DNA from: Nitrospirota bacterium
GTDB taxonomy: Bacteria > Nitrospirota > Thermodesulfovibrionia > UBA6902 > DSMQ01
Reading direction: 5' to 3'
Assembly (NCBI GenBank): GCA_016208965.1
Contig: JACQXB010000037.1
Span: 110-64,109, forward strand
DNA: 64,000 nt
Position 1 is the stretch's first letter; each line of letters begins with the position of its first letter. The position numbers and the translations under genes are program-made. Of the stretch, positions 1-8,659 are shown piece after piece. Under the pieces are notes generated by a model that was not told where the DNA came from, did no database searches, and saw nothing but the letters and a program-made list of their open reading frames with translations.

Positions 1-218
1 GATAAGCGGAGTGCCAAAAAACGTTCCCGCCACAATTGAACGGTTGGACGGGAAACATTCAAACGCTTGGCTATATCGTGATTGAAAATTCCTTGAGCTG
101 CTAACTGTATGATTTGTGCTCGTTGTATCAATCGTAATGGGAAACTTTTCCCTTGCGACCAACGGTTGACGGTCGCTTCTTCTTGTGGGCTAAATATGAT
201 TCGTTCTGCTATATTCAT
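1..218 (-). mobile_element. IS630-family transposase, N-terminal helix-turn-helix part (partial, runs off left edge)
   Basis: Minus-strand ATG at 216-218. Translation MNIAERIIFSPQEEATVNRWSQGKSFPLRLIQRAQIIQLAAQGIFNHDIAKRLNVSRPTVQLWRERFLALRL stays open to position 1. The RAQIIxLAAxG...VSRPTVxxWRxRF pattern is typical of IS630/Tc1-type transposase HTH. It is open-ended, so it is absent from the ORF track. Confidence 0.6.
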
Positions 219-270
219 TCATAAAAATTATATAAAAGAATTACTTAAATGTCAAGTTACTTAAGCGACA

Positions 271-1368
271 CTACACTAGCAATTTAGCTCCTTCGCGAAG
301 TTCAGCGAGCAGGTCAGTGACTTCAAAGCCGGAGATAGCTTCGACGTTAAGCATGCGACCGGCTACCTGTAGGGCCAGAGGTAATCCTTCCAATTCGCGG
401 GCAAGTTCCAAGGATGGCTCTGGGTATTGCGCTACGACAGTGGGAGCCAGCGTTTGCAGCAGTTCAAGAGCTTTGTCGTCGGTTAGGACAGCCAGCTTAT
501 AAATGTCGTTGGGCGTGGGGGCCAAAGCTTGTGCGACGCTGTTGATACGGGTGGTAATGAGCATAGCACACCACCGCCCACCAACTTTGAACGGTATAGC
601 GTCCTCAGGTTCCCAAACATCGTCCACAATGAGCAACATGCGCTTGTGGCTCAGAAATGCGGTTAACTGAGCAGAGGCTTCTTCTACTGTTTTGACTTTC
701 AAAAGATCACTAGTACCCAAGGCATGGCCCCAGGCGACAAGCTCCGAGAGCAGATTAGGAGTTTGGCCAAGCGAAACCCAGAGAACACCATCAGGAAAAT
801 CAGCAGCGAGGTCATGATCATGAGCAAGGGCAGAAGCAATGGTGGTTTTGCCCACGCCAGGCCACCCACGCATAGCCGTAAGAACCTGCACAGAGGCTGA
901 ACCAGCCTTGAGCCTAGCTTTGAGATCGCGGAGATCATTTTCGCGGCCTACAATGAGCGGCGGAAGAGGAGGTGCGCTGCCAGGACGATGAGAGCTTGCT
1001 TCATAGATGTTGGCTATGATGTTCGTGACCTTGTCCCGTCCGACAACATCGCCGCTGATATTTTGATCCCGTCCTACAAAGTTACCTCCGATTGAAAAAC
1101 TGCTCTGCACATTCAAATTATTGATGCCAGTTGAAGGAAATGAATCATTTTTCTGCCGAGCCTCAATAATTGCTATGATAATCGTAATAACCGAGGCAAT
1201 AGCAAAAATAGGCCATATCATCCAGAAGAAATTGGCACCGAACAGCTTCTCAACCTTGGGCGCAATGATGTTGCCAAATACACCGACGAGAAGGGTAGCG
1301 ACCGAGGTGATCGCGGGGATCAGCCATCGACGACGTGGTTTATCTTGTGGATTTGTTTCAGTGGGCAT
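271..1368 (-). CDS. NB-ARC/STAND P-loop NTPase with N-terminal transmembrane anchor; C-terminal sensor region apparently missing
   Basis: Walker A GWPGVGKTT, Walker B LLIVDDVW and a TTR motif. Two hydrophobic helices lie in the first ~70 aa, followed by GRD-rich repeats (FVGRDQNISGDVVGRDKV). The ORF ends right after the NTPase/winged-helix region, ~50 nt from the IS630 fragment. Confidence 0.75.
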   Translation of the reverse strand: MPTETNPQDKPRRRWLIPAITSVATLLVGVFGNIIAPKVEKLFGANFFWMIWPIFAIASVITIIIAIIEARQKNDSFPSTGINNLNVQSSFSIGGNFVGRDQNISGDVVGRDKVTNIIANIYEASSHRPGSAPPLPPLIVGRENDLRDLKARLKAGSASVQVLTAMRGWPGVGKTTIASALAHDHDLAADFPDGVLWVSLGQTPNLLSELVAWGHALGTSDLLKVKTVEEASAQLTAFLSHKRMLLIVDDVWEPEDAIPFKVGGRWCAMLITTRINSVAQALAPTPNDIYKLAVLTDDKALELLQTLAPTVVAQYPEPSLELARELEGLPLALQVAGRMLNVEAISGFEVTDLLAELREGAKLLV

Positions 1369-1398
1369 TGTTGTAATGTTTCTTAATCCGGCATGCCT

Positions 1399-1525
1399 AA
1401 TGCGGAGTTAAGCCGTAGCCCCGTAGGGGCATATCGGTCTTGAACTCCTTGTTCTCCCGAAGCGAAGGGAGGACAAGGAGTTCTCGGCTTAACTCCGCAT
1501 TCTCCCTAAGCGAAGCGAAGGGAGA
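1399..1525. repeat. GC-rich nested inverted-repeat element (three hairpins inside a 17-bp outer inverted repeat)
   Basis: The outer arms aatgcggagttaagccg (1399-1415) and cggcttaactccgcatt (1485-1501) are complementary. Inside are gccccgtaggggc and gaactccttgttctccc-gaagcgaag-ggaggacaaggagttc. The related unit tctccct-aagcgaagcgaag-ggaga follows at 1501-1525. Confidence 0.6.
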
Positions 1526-1733
1526 ACCAGTTATTATAGGAACGGTAGCATAATTTTAATCATGTAGTCAATAAAATAAATAGCTTGACGTTATCTGATG
1601 AATTTTATTACACTTTCTCAGGGATTAATATGCAAAATTGAATGTTAGTCGTTAGTTTTAGTCGCCTATGCAATTGATTCCATCTGATATTTGGGAACAA
1701 TATTCTGCCGTCCTTAAGAAATGAGCAGTACCC

Positions 1734-2370
1734 GTGACGCGCCACGCCGATTACAGGAAGTGGCTGAGGTATTATCTGGATTTCCGGGGCAAATATTCGC
1801 TTTCTGATTCCAAATCAGAACAGGTGCGTTTGTTTGTCGAAAAATTGAAGAAAAAGAATCAGATGCCCGAACAGCAAAAGCAGGCAGCGCATGCAATCTC
1901 GCTCTTCTTTGAGTCGCAACTGCAAAAAAATTACAATGAAACCCCTCTTGTTAAAATCAATACTGACAAAAAATTAAAAGTAACATCCCCCTCCACCTTC
2001 AGGAATCATAACTCCCCCTATCCCCCTCTTATCTTAAGAGGGGGCGGCGAAGCCGGGGGCGTTACTATCAAGGGGGAATCTTCCAATGGCTTATCAAGGG
2101 CTGAGACAGCATTGCACTCATCATTACGGCCTTCAGTTGCATCTTCACCGAATAAGGCACGATTTAATGAATGGCGTTGTCTGGCTAAATCCGGTTTTTC
2201 GGCATGGGACAAGGTTATTGACACGCTGGCCGCAGAGATCAAGACGCGCCACTATTCCCGAAAAACGCTCAAGACATACGCGGACTGGAGCCGCAAGTTT
2301 CAGGGCTACCCACGCAACAAGCTCGCCTGACTCTGTGAGAGCGAGATCCCTGACATATTTACTGAGTTGA
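1734..2370 (+). pseudogene. Tyrosine recombinase (integron-integrase-like) N-terminal SAM-like domain remnant; catalytic domain absent
   Basis: ADYRKWLRYYLDF...QQKQAAHAISLFF and WDKVIDTLAAEIKTRHYSRKTLKTYADWSRKF resemble the N-terminal core-binding domains of IntI-type recombinases. The frame breaks near 2320-2330 (the LTYL motif continues in another frame). No R..HxxR..Y catalytic region follows. A proline/glycine palindromic element is inserted at 2013-2056. Confidence 0.45.
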
Positions 2371-2711
2371 TATGACTTTCCCCGTGATACGATTTTAGAG
2401 CCTGCCCACGACTCCAGTCGAACCACGTGAGATTCTGGAAATCTTTGAGTATCCGGTTGCTCATTTGGTAGATGATAACATGTTTGACTTGTTTCAACCA
2501 ATACTATTGATAGTCGAGATAAGAGGAAAATGTGAAGGCGATAGTTTAATCAAAATGGTTACCCCTCCCCTCAATCGTTCGTCGTGAGCTGATTTTCTAT
2601 CTCTATTTTTCGGAAAAATGCATCTCCTTGTCTTTTTATAAAGACATTGCTTATTATAAAAGCTAACAACGCATCATGGTTTTAATATCAACAGGAGTGG
2701 CAATATAACTC

Positions 2712-3461
2712 ATGTCAGGACATTCCAAATGGGCGCAGACAAAACACAAGAAGGCTGCTGTTGACTCAAAAAGAGGAAAACTTTTCTCAAAGGTCTCAAA
2801 AGAGATAATAGTTGCGGCTAAAATGGGAGGCGGCGACCCTAATTCTAATTCAAGATTAAGGAGCGCCATTGAAAAGGCAAGGGATATAAGCATGCCTTCT
2901 GAAAATATAAAAAAGGCAATAATGAGAGGCACAGGCGAGCTTCAGGGTGCATCTTACGAAGAGATTGTTTATGAAGGCTATGGTCCGGGTGGAGTTGCCA
3001 TAATGATGGAGGTATTTACTGATAATAAAAACAGGACTGTATCTGAGATACGCAATATCATGTCCAAATACGGTGGAAATATGGGAGAAACAGGCTGTGT
3101 CTCATGGATGTTTGACAAAAAAGGATATATACTCATTGGGAAAAAGCAAACCGATGAGGATACTTTAATGTCATTAACACTTGATGCAGGTGCAGAAGAC
3201 ATTAAAAATGACCCTGCTGAGGAAAACTACGAGGTTATCACTGCACCAGAGGACATGAAGGCAGTAAAAGAGGCTATTGAGAAGGCAGATATAAAGGTTA
3301 ACCTTGCGGAAATAACCATGCTTCCTAAAAACTACATAAGGCTTGAGTCATATGATGCGGATAAGATGCTTAAACTTATGGAAGCCCTTGAAGACCATGA
3401 TGACGTGCAGAATGTCTATGCAAATTTTGATATACCTGATGAGGTAATAGCTAATAGATAA
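2712..3461 (+). CDS. yebC: YebC/PmpR family DNA-binding transcriptional regulator
   Basis: Starts [27 protein letters not shown]; 249 aa; lies upstream of ruvC as in many bacteria. Confidence 0.95.
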   Translation: MSGHSKWAQTKHKKAAVDSKRGKLFSKVSKEIIVAAKMGGGDPNSNSRLRSAIEKARDISMPSENIKKAIMRGTGELQGASYEEIVYEGYGPGGVAIMMEVFTDNKNRTVSEIRNIMSKYGGNMGETGCVSWMFDKKGYILIGKKQTDEDTLMSLTLDAGAEDIKNDPAEENYEVITAPEDMKAVKEAIEKADIKVNLAEITMLPKNYIRLESYDADKMLKLMEALEDHDDVQNVYANFDIPDEVIANR

Positions 3462-3464
3462 ACT

Positions 3465-3498
3465 CTAAAGCTTATAGCTTATTAGCTTATAGCTTTAG
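3465..3498. terminator. Hairpin made of AGCT-heptamer words downstream of yebC
   Basis: ctaaagcttatagcttattagcttatagctttag folds with 8+4 bp stems around an internal loop. No clear T-tract. Confidence 0.4.
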
Positions 3499-3516
3499 GG
3501 CTTGAGGTTATAAAAG

Positions 3517-4038
3517 ATGCGTGTTTTGGGAATAGACCCGGGTACTATTTGTTGCGGTTATGGAATAGTGGCAATTCACAGCGAAGGTAGAAGTGGGAGC
3601 AAAGCTCCCATTCATATAGCCTCAGGCAAGATAAAGTTGAATAAAAACGATACACTCCCAGAACGGTTAAAGGCTCTCTATGATTCTCTTGAGGCTGTAA
3701 TTGCTGAATATAAGCCGTCGCGTATGTGCCTTGAGAAAATTTTTTACCATAAAAGCATTCGCTCTGCCTTTACACTTGGAGCAGCACGCGGTATAGTTAT
3801 GCTTTTGTCAGCAGAAAACGCTATACCAATTTTCGAGCATAATTCAACAGAACTAAAGCAGGCAATTACAGGATATGGAAGGGCAGAGAAACATCAGGTA
3901 GAAAGTATGATTAAACGAATTTTAAATATTAACTCCAAGCTATCGCCAGATGCAGCCGATGCCCTTGCACTGTGCGTTTGTCATATAAATTCATCCAGAT
4001 GGATGAAAGATGCAGGATACGAGATGCACGATAAATAA
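3517..4038 (+). CDS. ruvC: Crossover junction endodeoxyribonuclease RuvC
   Basis: N-terminus MRVLGIDPGT..GYG; conserved YGRAEKHQV and ADALALCVCH motifs; part of the ruvCAB cluster. Confidence 0.9.
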   Translation: MRVLGIDPGTICCGYGIVAIHSEGRSGSKAPIHIASGKIKLNKNDTLPERLKALYDSLEAVIAEYKPSRMCLEKIFYHKSIRSAFTLGAARGIVMLLSAENAIPIFEHNSTELKQAITGYGRAEKHQVESMIKRILNINSKLSPDAADALALCVCHINSSRWMKDAGYEMHDK

Positions 4039-4047
4039 ATTTCAAAA

Positions 4048-4135
4048 TTAGCATTTTAGCTTTTAGCTTTTAGCTCTTAGCTTTTAGCTCTTAGCTTATC
4101 GCTTATTAGCTTATTAGCTTATAGCTTATCGCTAT
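4048..4135. repeat. Tandem degenerate heptamer array (TTAGCTT/TTAGCTC/TTATCGC), about 12 units
   Basis: ttagcattttagcttttagcttttagctcttagcttttagctcttagcttatcgcttattagcttattagcttatagcttatcgctatt, read directly. Confidence 0.8.
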
Positions 4136-4162
4136 TATCATCGTGTATCTGTTTATTCGGAG

Positions 4163-4750
4163 GTGAATTTGATAGCCTCACTTAAAGGAAAAGTATTAAG
4201 CAAAAGCATGAATGGTATAATTATTGATGTAAGCGGTGTTGGCTACCATGTAAATGTCCCTCTTGGCAGTCTCTCTAATATCCCTGACAAAGGTGCAGAG
4301 ACTTTCCTTCATATTTATACTCATGTCAGAGAGGATGCAATACAGCTTTATGGATTTACCAAAGAAGAGGAAAAAAAGGTCTTTGTTACACTTCTTGGGA
4401 TTAACGGCATAGGGCCTAAGCTTGGACTTGCTATTCTTTCAGGTATGCCTGTGGAAAGATTTATGGGAGCTGTCTATAACGAAGATGTTTCATCTCTTAC
4501 CACAATCCCTGGTCTTGGCAAAAAGACAGCTTCAAGGCTTATACTTGAACTAAGAGAAAAACTCCCCAAGATGGTTTCTTATTCTAAGGAAGGCTCAACA
4601 GCAAATGATGCTGTCTCTGCACTTGTAAACCTCGGTTATAAAAGGTCACTATCCGAGGAGGCGGTTGAGTCTGCTGTAAAAAACGGGATGGAAACTATTG
4701 AAGATATAATAAAAGAGTCTTTAAAATATCTAACAAATTCTAACAAATAG
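4163..4750 (+). CDS. ruvA: Holliday junction DNA helicase subunit RuvA
   Basis: IASLKGKV start and the HhH motifs GINGIGPKLGLAIL and IPGLGKKTASRLILEL. A TTG at 4169, 5 nt after GGAGG, is a likelier start than the GTG at 4163. Confidence 0.9.
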   Translation: MNLIASLKGKVLSKSMNGIIIDVSGVGYHVNVPLGSLSNIPDKGAETFLHIYTHVREDAIQLYGFTKEEEKKVFVTLLGINGIGPKLGLAILSGMPVERFMGAVYNEDVSSLTTIPGLGKKTASRLILELREKLPKMVSYSKEGSTANDAVSALVNLGYKRSLSEEAVESAVKNGMETIEDIIKESLKYLTNSNK

Positions 4751-4785
4751 CTGATAGCTTATAGCTCATAGCTAATATATGATAT

Positions 4786-5802
4786 ATGAAAGACACACCT
4801 GACAGAGGCATTACCCCACTTCGTAAAGATGATGATGCCGGTTTTGAACTAAGTGTACGTCCGAGGTCATTTGACGAGTTTGTTGGTCAAAGCAAGATTA
4901 AAGAAAACCTGAAGGTTTTTATACAGGCAACGAAGCAAAGAAAAGAACCTCTTGACCATGTGCTTTTTTGTGGACCTCCGGGGCTTGGTAAGACAACACT
5001 TGCCCATATAATCGCTAATGAATTAGGGGTACAGATAAAAGTAACCTCTGGGCCTGCACTTGAAAGACCGGGAGACTTAGCTGCTATCCTTACAAACCTT
5101 GGGGATATGGATATATTCTTCATTGATGAAATCCATAGACTGCCAAGGATGTCTGAGGAGATTCTTTATCCAGTAATGGAAGATTACCAGCTTGATATAG
5201 TCATTGGGCAGGGACCAAGTGCAAGAACGCTTAAATTAAACCTGCCAAGGTTTACTCTTGTAGGTGCTACAACCCGTACAGGTCTTTTGACATCTCCGCT
5301 AAGAGACCGTTTTGGCATAATTAACAGGCTTGATTACTATGCTCCAGGGGACATTGAGACGATACTGCTCAGGTCTTCAAGGATACTCAATGTAGGAATA
5401 GAAAGGGATGCTGCTAAAGAGATTGCACAACGGTCCAGAGGCACCCCGAGGATAGCAAATAGACTCTTAAGAAGGGTACGGGATTTCTCGCAGGTAAAAG
5501 GCAAAAACATTATTGACAGAGAGATAACGAACGAGGCTCTTACTGCACTGGATGTTGATGAAAAGGGCTTTGAGGAGATGGACAGAAAACTCCTTTTTAC
5601 AATCATGGAAAAATTTGGTGGCGGCCCTGTAGGAATTGAGACCCTTGCCGCATCTGTAAGTGAAGAGAAAGAAACAATAGAGGATGTTTATGAGCCCTTT
5701 CTTCTTCAGGAGGGCTTTATTGAAAGGACAAACAGAGGCAGGGTTGCAACAAGGCTTGCATATGAACATTTTGGAAAAAATCTTCCAAAAGGATTATTTT
5801 AG
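4786..5802 (+). CDS. ruvB: Holliday junction DNA helicase RuvB
   Basis: [12 protein letters not shown], Walker [10 protein letters not shown], Walker [25 protein letters not shown]. Confidence 0.97.
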   Translation: MKDTPDRGITPLRKDDDAGFELSVRPRSFDEFVGQSKIKENLKVFIQATKQRKEPLDHVLFCGPPGLGKTTLAHIIANELGVQIKVTSGPALERPGDLAAILTNLGDMDIFFIDEIHRLPRMSEEILYPVMEDYQLDIVIGQGPSARTLKLNLPRFTLVGATTRTGLLTSPLRDRFGIINRLDYYAPGDIETILLRSSRILNVGIERDAAKEIAQRSRGTPRIANRLLRRVRDFSQVKGKNIIDREITNEALTALDVDEKGFEEMDRKLLFTIMEKFGGGPVGIETLAASVSEEKETIEDVYEPFLLQEGFIERTNRGRVATRLAYEHFGKNLPKGLF

Positions 5803-5804
5803 GC

Positions 5805-6398
5805 ATGAAACTTTTGATGCATATATGCTGTTCAAATTGTGCTACTTATCCTATTAGCAAATTGCTGGAAAGAGGGATAGCCCTTACAAGTTTGTGGTTT
5901 AACCCGAATATCCATCCATTCACAGAATATAAAAACAGGATGGATTCTCTTAAAAGGCTTGAAGGTATATGGGGTCTAAATGTGGAGTATATTGATTATT
6001 ATGGCTTAAAAGAATATTTAAGAAATGTAGCTGGCAACGAGGAGCGGAGATGTGAGTATTGTTACACAACGAGGCTTGAGAAGGTAGCACAGAGAGCAAA
6101 AGAAATAAATGCAGATGTCTTTACCACATCTCTGTTGGCAAGCCCCTACCAGAAACTTGATATGATTATAGATATAGGCAAGTTGATGCAGGAGAAATAT
6201 TCTGTAGAGTTTTATATAGAGGACTTCAGGAAAGGATTTAATGAAGCAAGGAGGCTCTCAAGAGAGCTTGAGCTTTATCGGCAGAAATATTGCGGATGTG
6301 TATATTCGGAGATGGAGAGGCGTTTAGCCCGTAGCTCATATGACAACGAGTATTATGCTCAGTATAATACTGAGCATAATACTCTATCTTATATTTAG
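5805..6398 (+). CDS. queH: Epoxyqueuosine reductase QueH (DUF208)
   Basis: Cys motifs HICCSNC, RCEYCY and YCGCVYS typical of QueH. The last ~17 codons run through a perfect hairpin (6348-6384). Confidence 0.8.
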   Translation: MKLLMHICCSNCATYPISKLLERGIALTSLWFNPNIHPFTEYKNRMDSLKRLEGIWGLNVEYIDYYGLKEYLRNVAGNEERRCEYCYTTRLEKVAQRAKEINADVFTTSLLASPYQKLDMIIDIGKLMQEKYSVEFYIEDFRKGFNEARRLSRELELYRQKYCGCVYSEMERRLARSSYDNEYYAQYNTEHNTLSYI

Positions 6399-6401
6399 AA
6401 G

Positions 6402-7412
6402 ATGAAACGATTTCTTTGCATAACAATTTCTATAGTGGTTTGTTTTATAGCCTCTCTACTTGGTGCAGAGGAGACCATAAAGGTCCTGATTATTGAAAAG
6501 TTAAAGGAAAATATCCCTCTGGACTCTGCGCAGAAGTTTGGTGGTTTTAACGGAAAACTTTCAATTAACGGGCATGTTTATAAAGGCTCTATGGATGTGA
6601 GAAAGGATGAAAAAGGACTTTATGTTATTAATGAACTTCCGCTTGAGGAATATGTAGAAGGCGTTATTACTGGTGAAGTTGGAAAGAACTGGGATATCGA
6701 GGCACTGAAGGTTCAGGCTGTAATTTCTCGTACCTATGCGAGTTACCATAAAGAACTTAATAAAGATAAAGACTATCACCTTACATCTACTGTTCTTCAT
6801 CAGGTATATCAAGGCGAAAATTCCAGTCCAAGGATTACGCTGGCAGTTAAAGAGACAGAAGGAGAGATACTTACTTATGAAGGCAAGCCCATAGAGGCAT
6901 TCTATCACTCAACATGCGGTGAGAGGACAGAGCTCCCAGATGAGGTGTGGGGGAAAAATCATCCATACCTTAAGTCTGTAGAATGTATTGATGAAAGTTC
7001 ACCTTATTCTAACTGGAAGAGGAAATTTACCCTTGAGGAAATAGAAAGGGCGCTTGGGATAGAGGGCATAAAAGATATAAAGATTTTATCCTTCACATCC
7101 ACAGGGAGGGTCAAGACTATCAAGATAATTAAAGAGGATTCCAAAACATCAGGTGGTATCAGTACACCAGCAACATCAGAAGCGGAGGTTAAGGCAGTAG
7201 ATTTAAGGAAACTCCTTGGATACAAGGAACTTCCGAGCACATTTTTTACAATTGATATTACCGGGCAAGAGATTACTTTTACCGGCAAGGGATATGGTCA
7301 TGGTGTTGGGCTTAGTCAGTGGGGAGCACTTGAGATGGCAAAGAAAGGGAAAACCTATAAGGAGATACTTGAATATTATTATTATGATGTAGTGTTAGAG
7401 AAGAGGCGGTAA
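6402..7412 (+). CDS. SpoIID/LytB domain protein
   Basis: Signal-like N-terminus; VQAVISRTYA, FYHSTCGERTE, GYGHGVGLSQWGA motifs. Confidence 0.8.
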   Translation: MKRFLCITISIVVCFIASLLGAEETIKVLIIEKLKENIPLDSAQKFGGFNGKLSINGHVYKGSMDVRKDEKGLYVINELPLEEYVEGVITGEVGKNWDIEALKVQAVISRTYASYHKELNKDKDYHLTSTVLHQVYQGENSSPRITLAVKETEGEILTYEGKPIEAFYHSTCGERTELPDEVWGKNHPYLKSVECIDESSPYSNWKRKFTLEEIERALGIEGIKDIKILSFTSTGRVKTIKIIKEDSKTSGGISTPATSEAEVKAVDLRKLLGYKELPSTFFTIDITGQEITFTGKGYGHGVGLSQWGALEMAKKGKTYKEILEYYYYDVVLEKRR

Positions 7413-7415
7413 GAG

Positions 7416-8423
7416 GTGAGGCTTTCAGAGTTTGATTATCACTTACCGAGGCAGCAGATTGCGCAATATCCCCTCAGTGAAAGAGATTCATCACGACTCC
7501 TTGTTTTCCATAAAAGACAAAAAAGAATAGAGCACAGAACATTTAAGGAAATAGTTGAGTATTTACAGTCAGGCGATATACTTATTTTAAATAATACAAA
7601 GGTCCTCCCTGTTCGCCTTCATGGCAAGAAGCCAACTGGTGGGAGAGTTGAGGTATTCTTAATTAAAGAGCTCTACCCCAATACATGGAAGGCACTTGTT
7701 AGAGGAGGGCGTAATGGTATAGTGTTATTTAAACACGGTATCTCTGCATATATCAAACGCAATAATGGGACTTTCTATATTAGTTTTTGTGGAGATAATG
7801 TTAAAGAGATTCTAAATAAAATAGCCGTGATGCCACTTCCGCCCTACATAAAAAGAGAGGCAGATGAGTCTGATACACAAAGCTATCAAACCGTATATGC
7901 GGAGAAATATGGCGCTATTGCAGCGCCAACAGCAGGTTTACACTTTACAAAAGAACTCCTTGAAAAGATAAAAAGCAAAGGTGTAGAGGTTTACTCGTTA
8001 ACACTCCATATCGGATATGGCACTTTCAAACCTGTTTTAGTTGATGATATAAAGACACACAGGATGGAAGAGGAATTCTATGAGATGCCCGAGGCGGTGA
8101 TAAATGCAGTAAACAAAGCTAAGGCAGATGGCAGAAGAGTGATAGCAGTTGGAACCAGTGTTACAAGGGCGATTGAGGCATATGCATTAGGTGAAGATAA
8201 AAAAGCAAAGTCAGTGGTGGGGAGCGCATCAATTTTTATTTATCCTGGTTACAGGTTTAAGGTAATAGATGCACTTATAACAAATTTTCATCTACCTAAA
8301 TCAACTCCCATAATGCTTGCATCCGCATTTACAGGACTTACTACACTTAAGGATTTATACAGGGAAGCCTTGAAAGAGGGATATAGATTTTTCTCCTACG
8401 GAGATGCAATGCTAATAATATAG
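7416..8423 (+). CDS. queA: tRNA preQ1(34) S-adenosylmethionine ribosyltransferase-isomerase QueA
   Basis: FDYHLPRQQIAQYP, PLPPYIKR, AAPTAGLHFT, FFSYGDAMLI. Confidence 0.95.
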   Translation: MRLSEFDYHLPRQQIAQYPLSERDSSRLLVFHKRQKRIEHRTFKEIVEYLQSGDILILNNTKVLPVRLHGKKPTGGRVEVFLIKELYPNTWKALVRGGRNGIVLFKHGISAYIKRNNGTFYISFCGDNVKEILNKIAVMPLPPYIKREADESDTQSYQTVYAEKYGAIAAPTAGLHFTKELLEKIKSKGVEVYSLTLHIGYGTFKPVLVDDIKTHRMEEEFYEMPEAVINAVNKAKADGRRVIAVGTSVTRAIEAYALGEDKKAKSVVGSASIFIYPGYRFKVIDALITNFHLPKSTPIMLASAFTGLTTLKDLYREALKEGYRFFSYGDAMLII

Positions 8424-8476
8424 TTTAAGCTACTTATCCGAAAAATAGACATGGAATTATAAAACCGTTGATTTAT

Positions 8477-8632
8477 TTGTCATTGCGAGTCCCGACATTT
8501 CGGGACGTGGCAATCTCAAAAGAGATTCTTCTGCCGAAACTTCGGCATCAGAATGACACTTTGTGTCAGATTGCGGAGTTTATCCCGAGCGGCAAAGCGA
8601 GATTGCTTCTGCCGAAGTTTCGGGATAAGAAG
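8477..8632. repeat. Cluster of MITE-like palindromic units (gtcattgcgag...gcaatc / ccgaaacttcgg types)
   Basis: ttgtcattgcgagtcccgacatttcgggacgtggcaatctc, then ctgccgaaacttcggcatcagaatgac and ctgccgaagtttcgggataag. These short hairpins recur elsewhere in the window. Confidence 0.6.
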
Positions 8633-8659
8633 TAATAACGGTAGAGAAGGAGAACGTAG

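Noticed and set aside
1399-1525. Retron msr/msd-like or group II intron domain structure
   Set aside because: No reverse transcriptase or intron-encoded protein gene is nearby. The sequence does not match the domain V consensus I remember. REP-like duplicated hairpin units explain it more simply.
4048-4135. Possible CRISPR array (also 45314-45369, 39757-39859, 41499-41636)
   Set aside because: The period is ~7 nt with no unique spacers between the units. There are no cas genes in the window. These are micro-satellite or hairpin arrays, not CRISPR.
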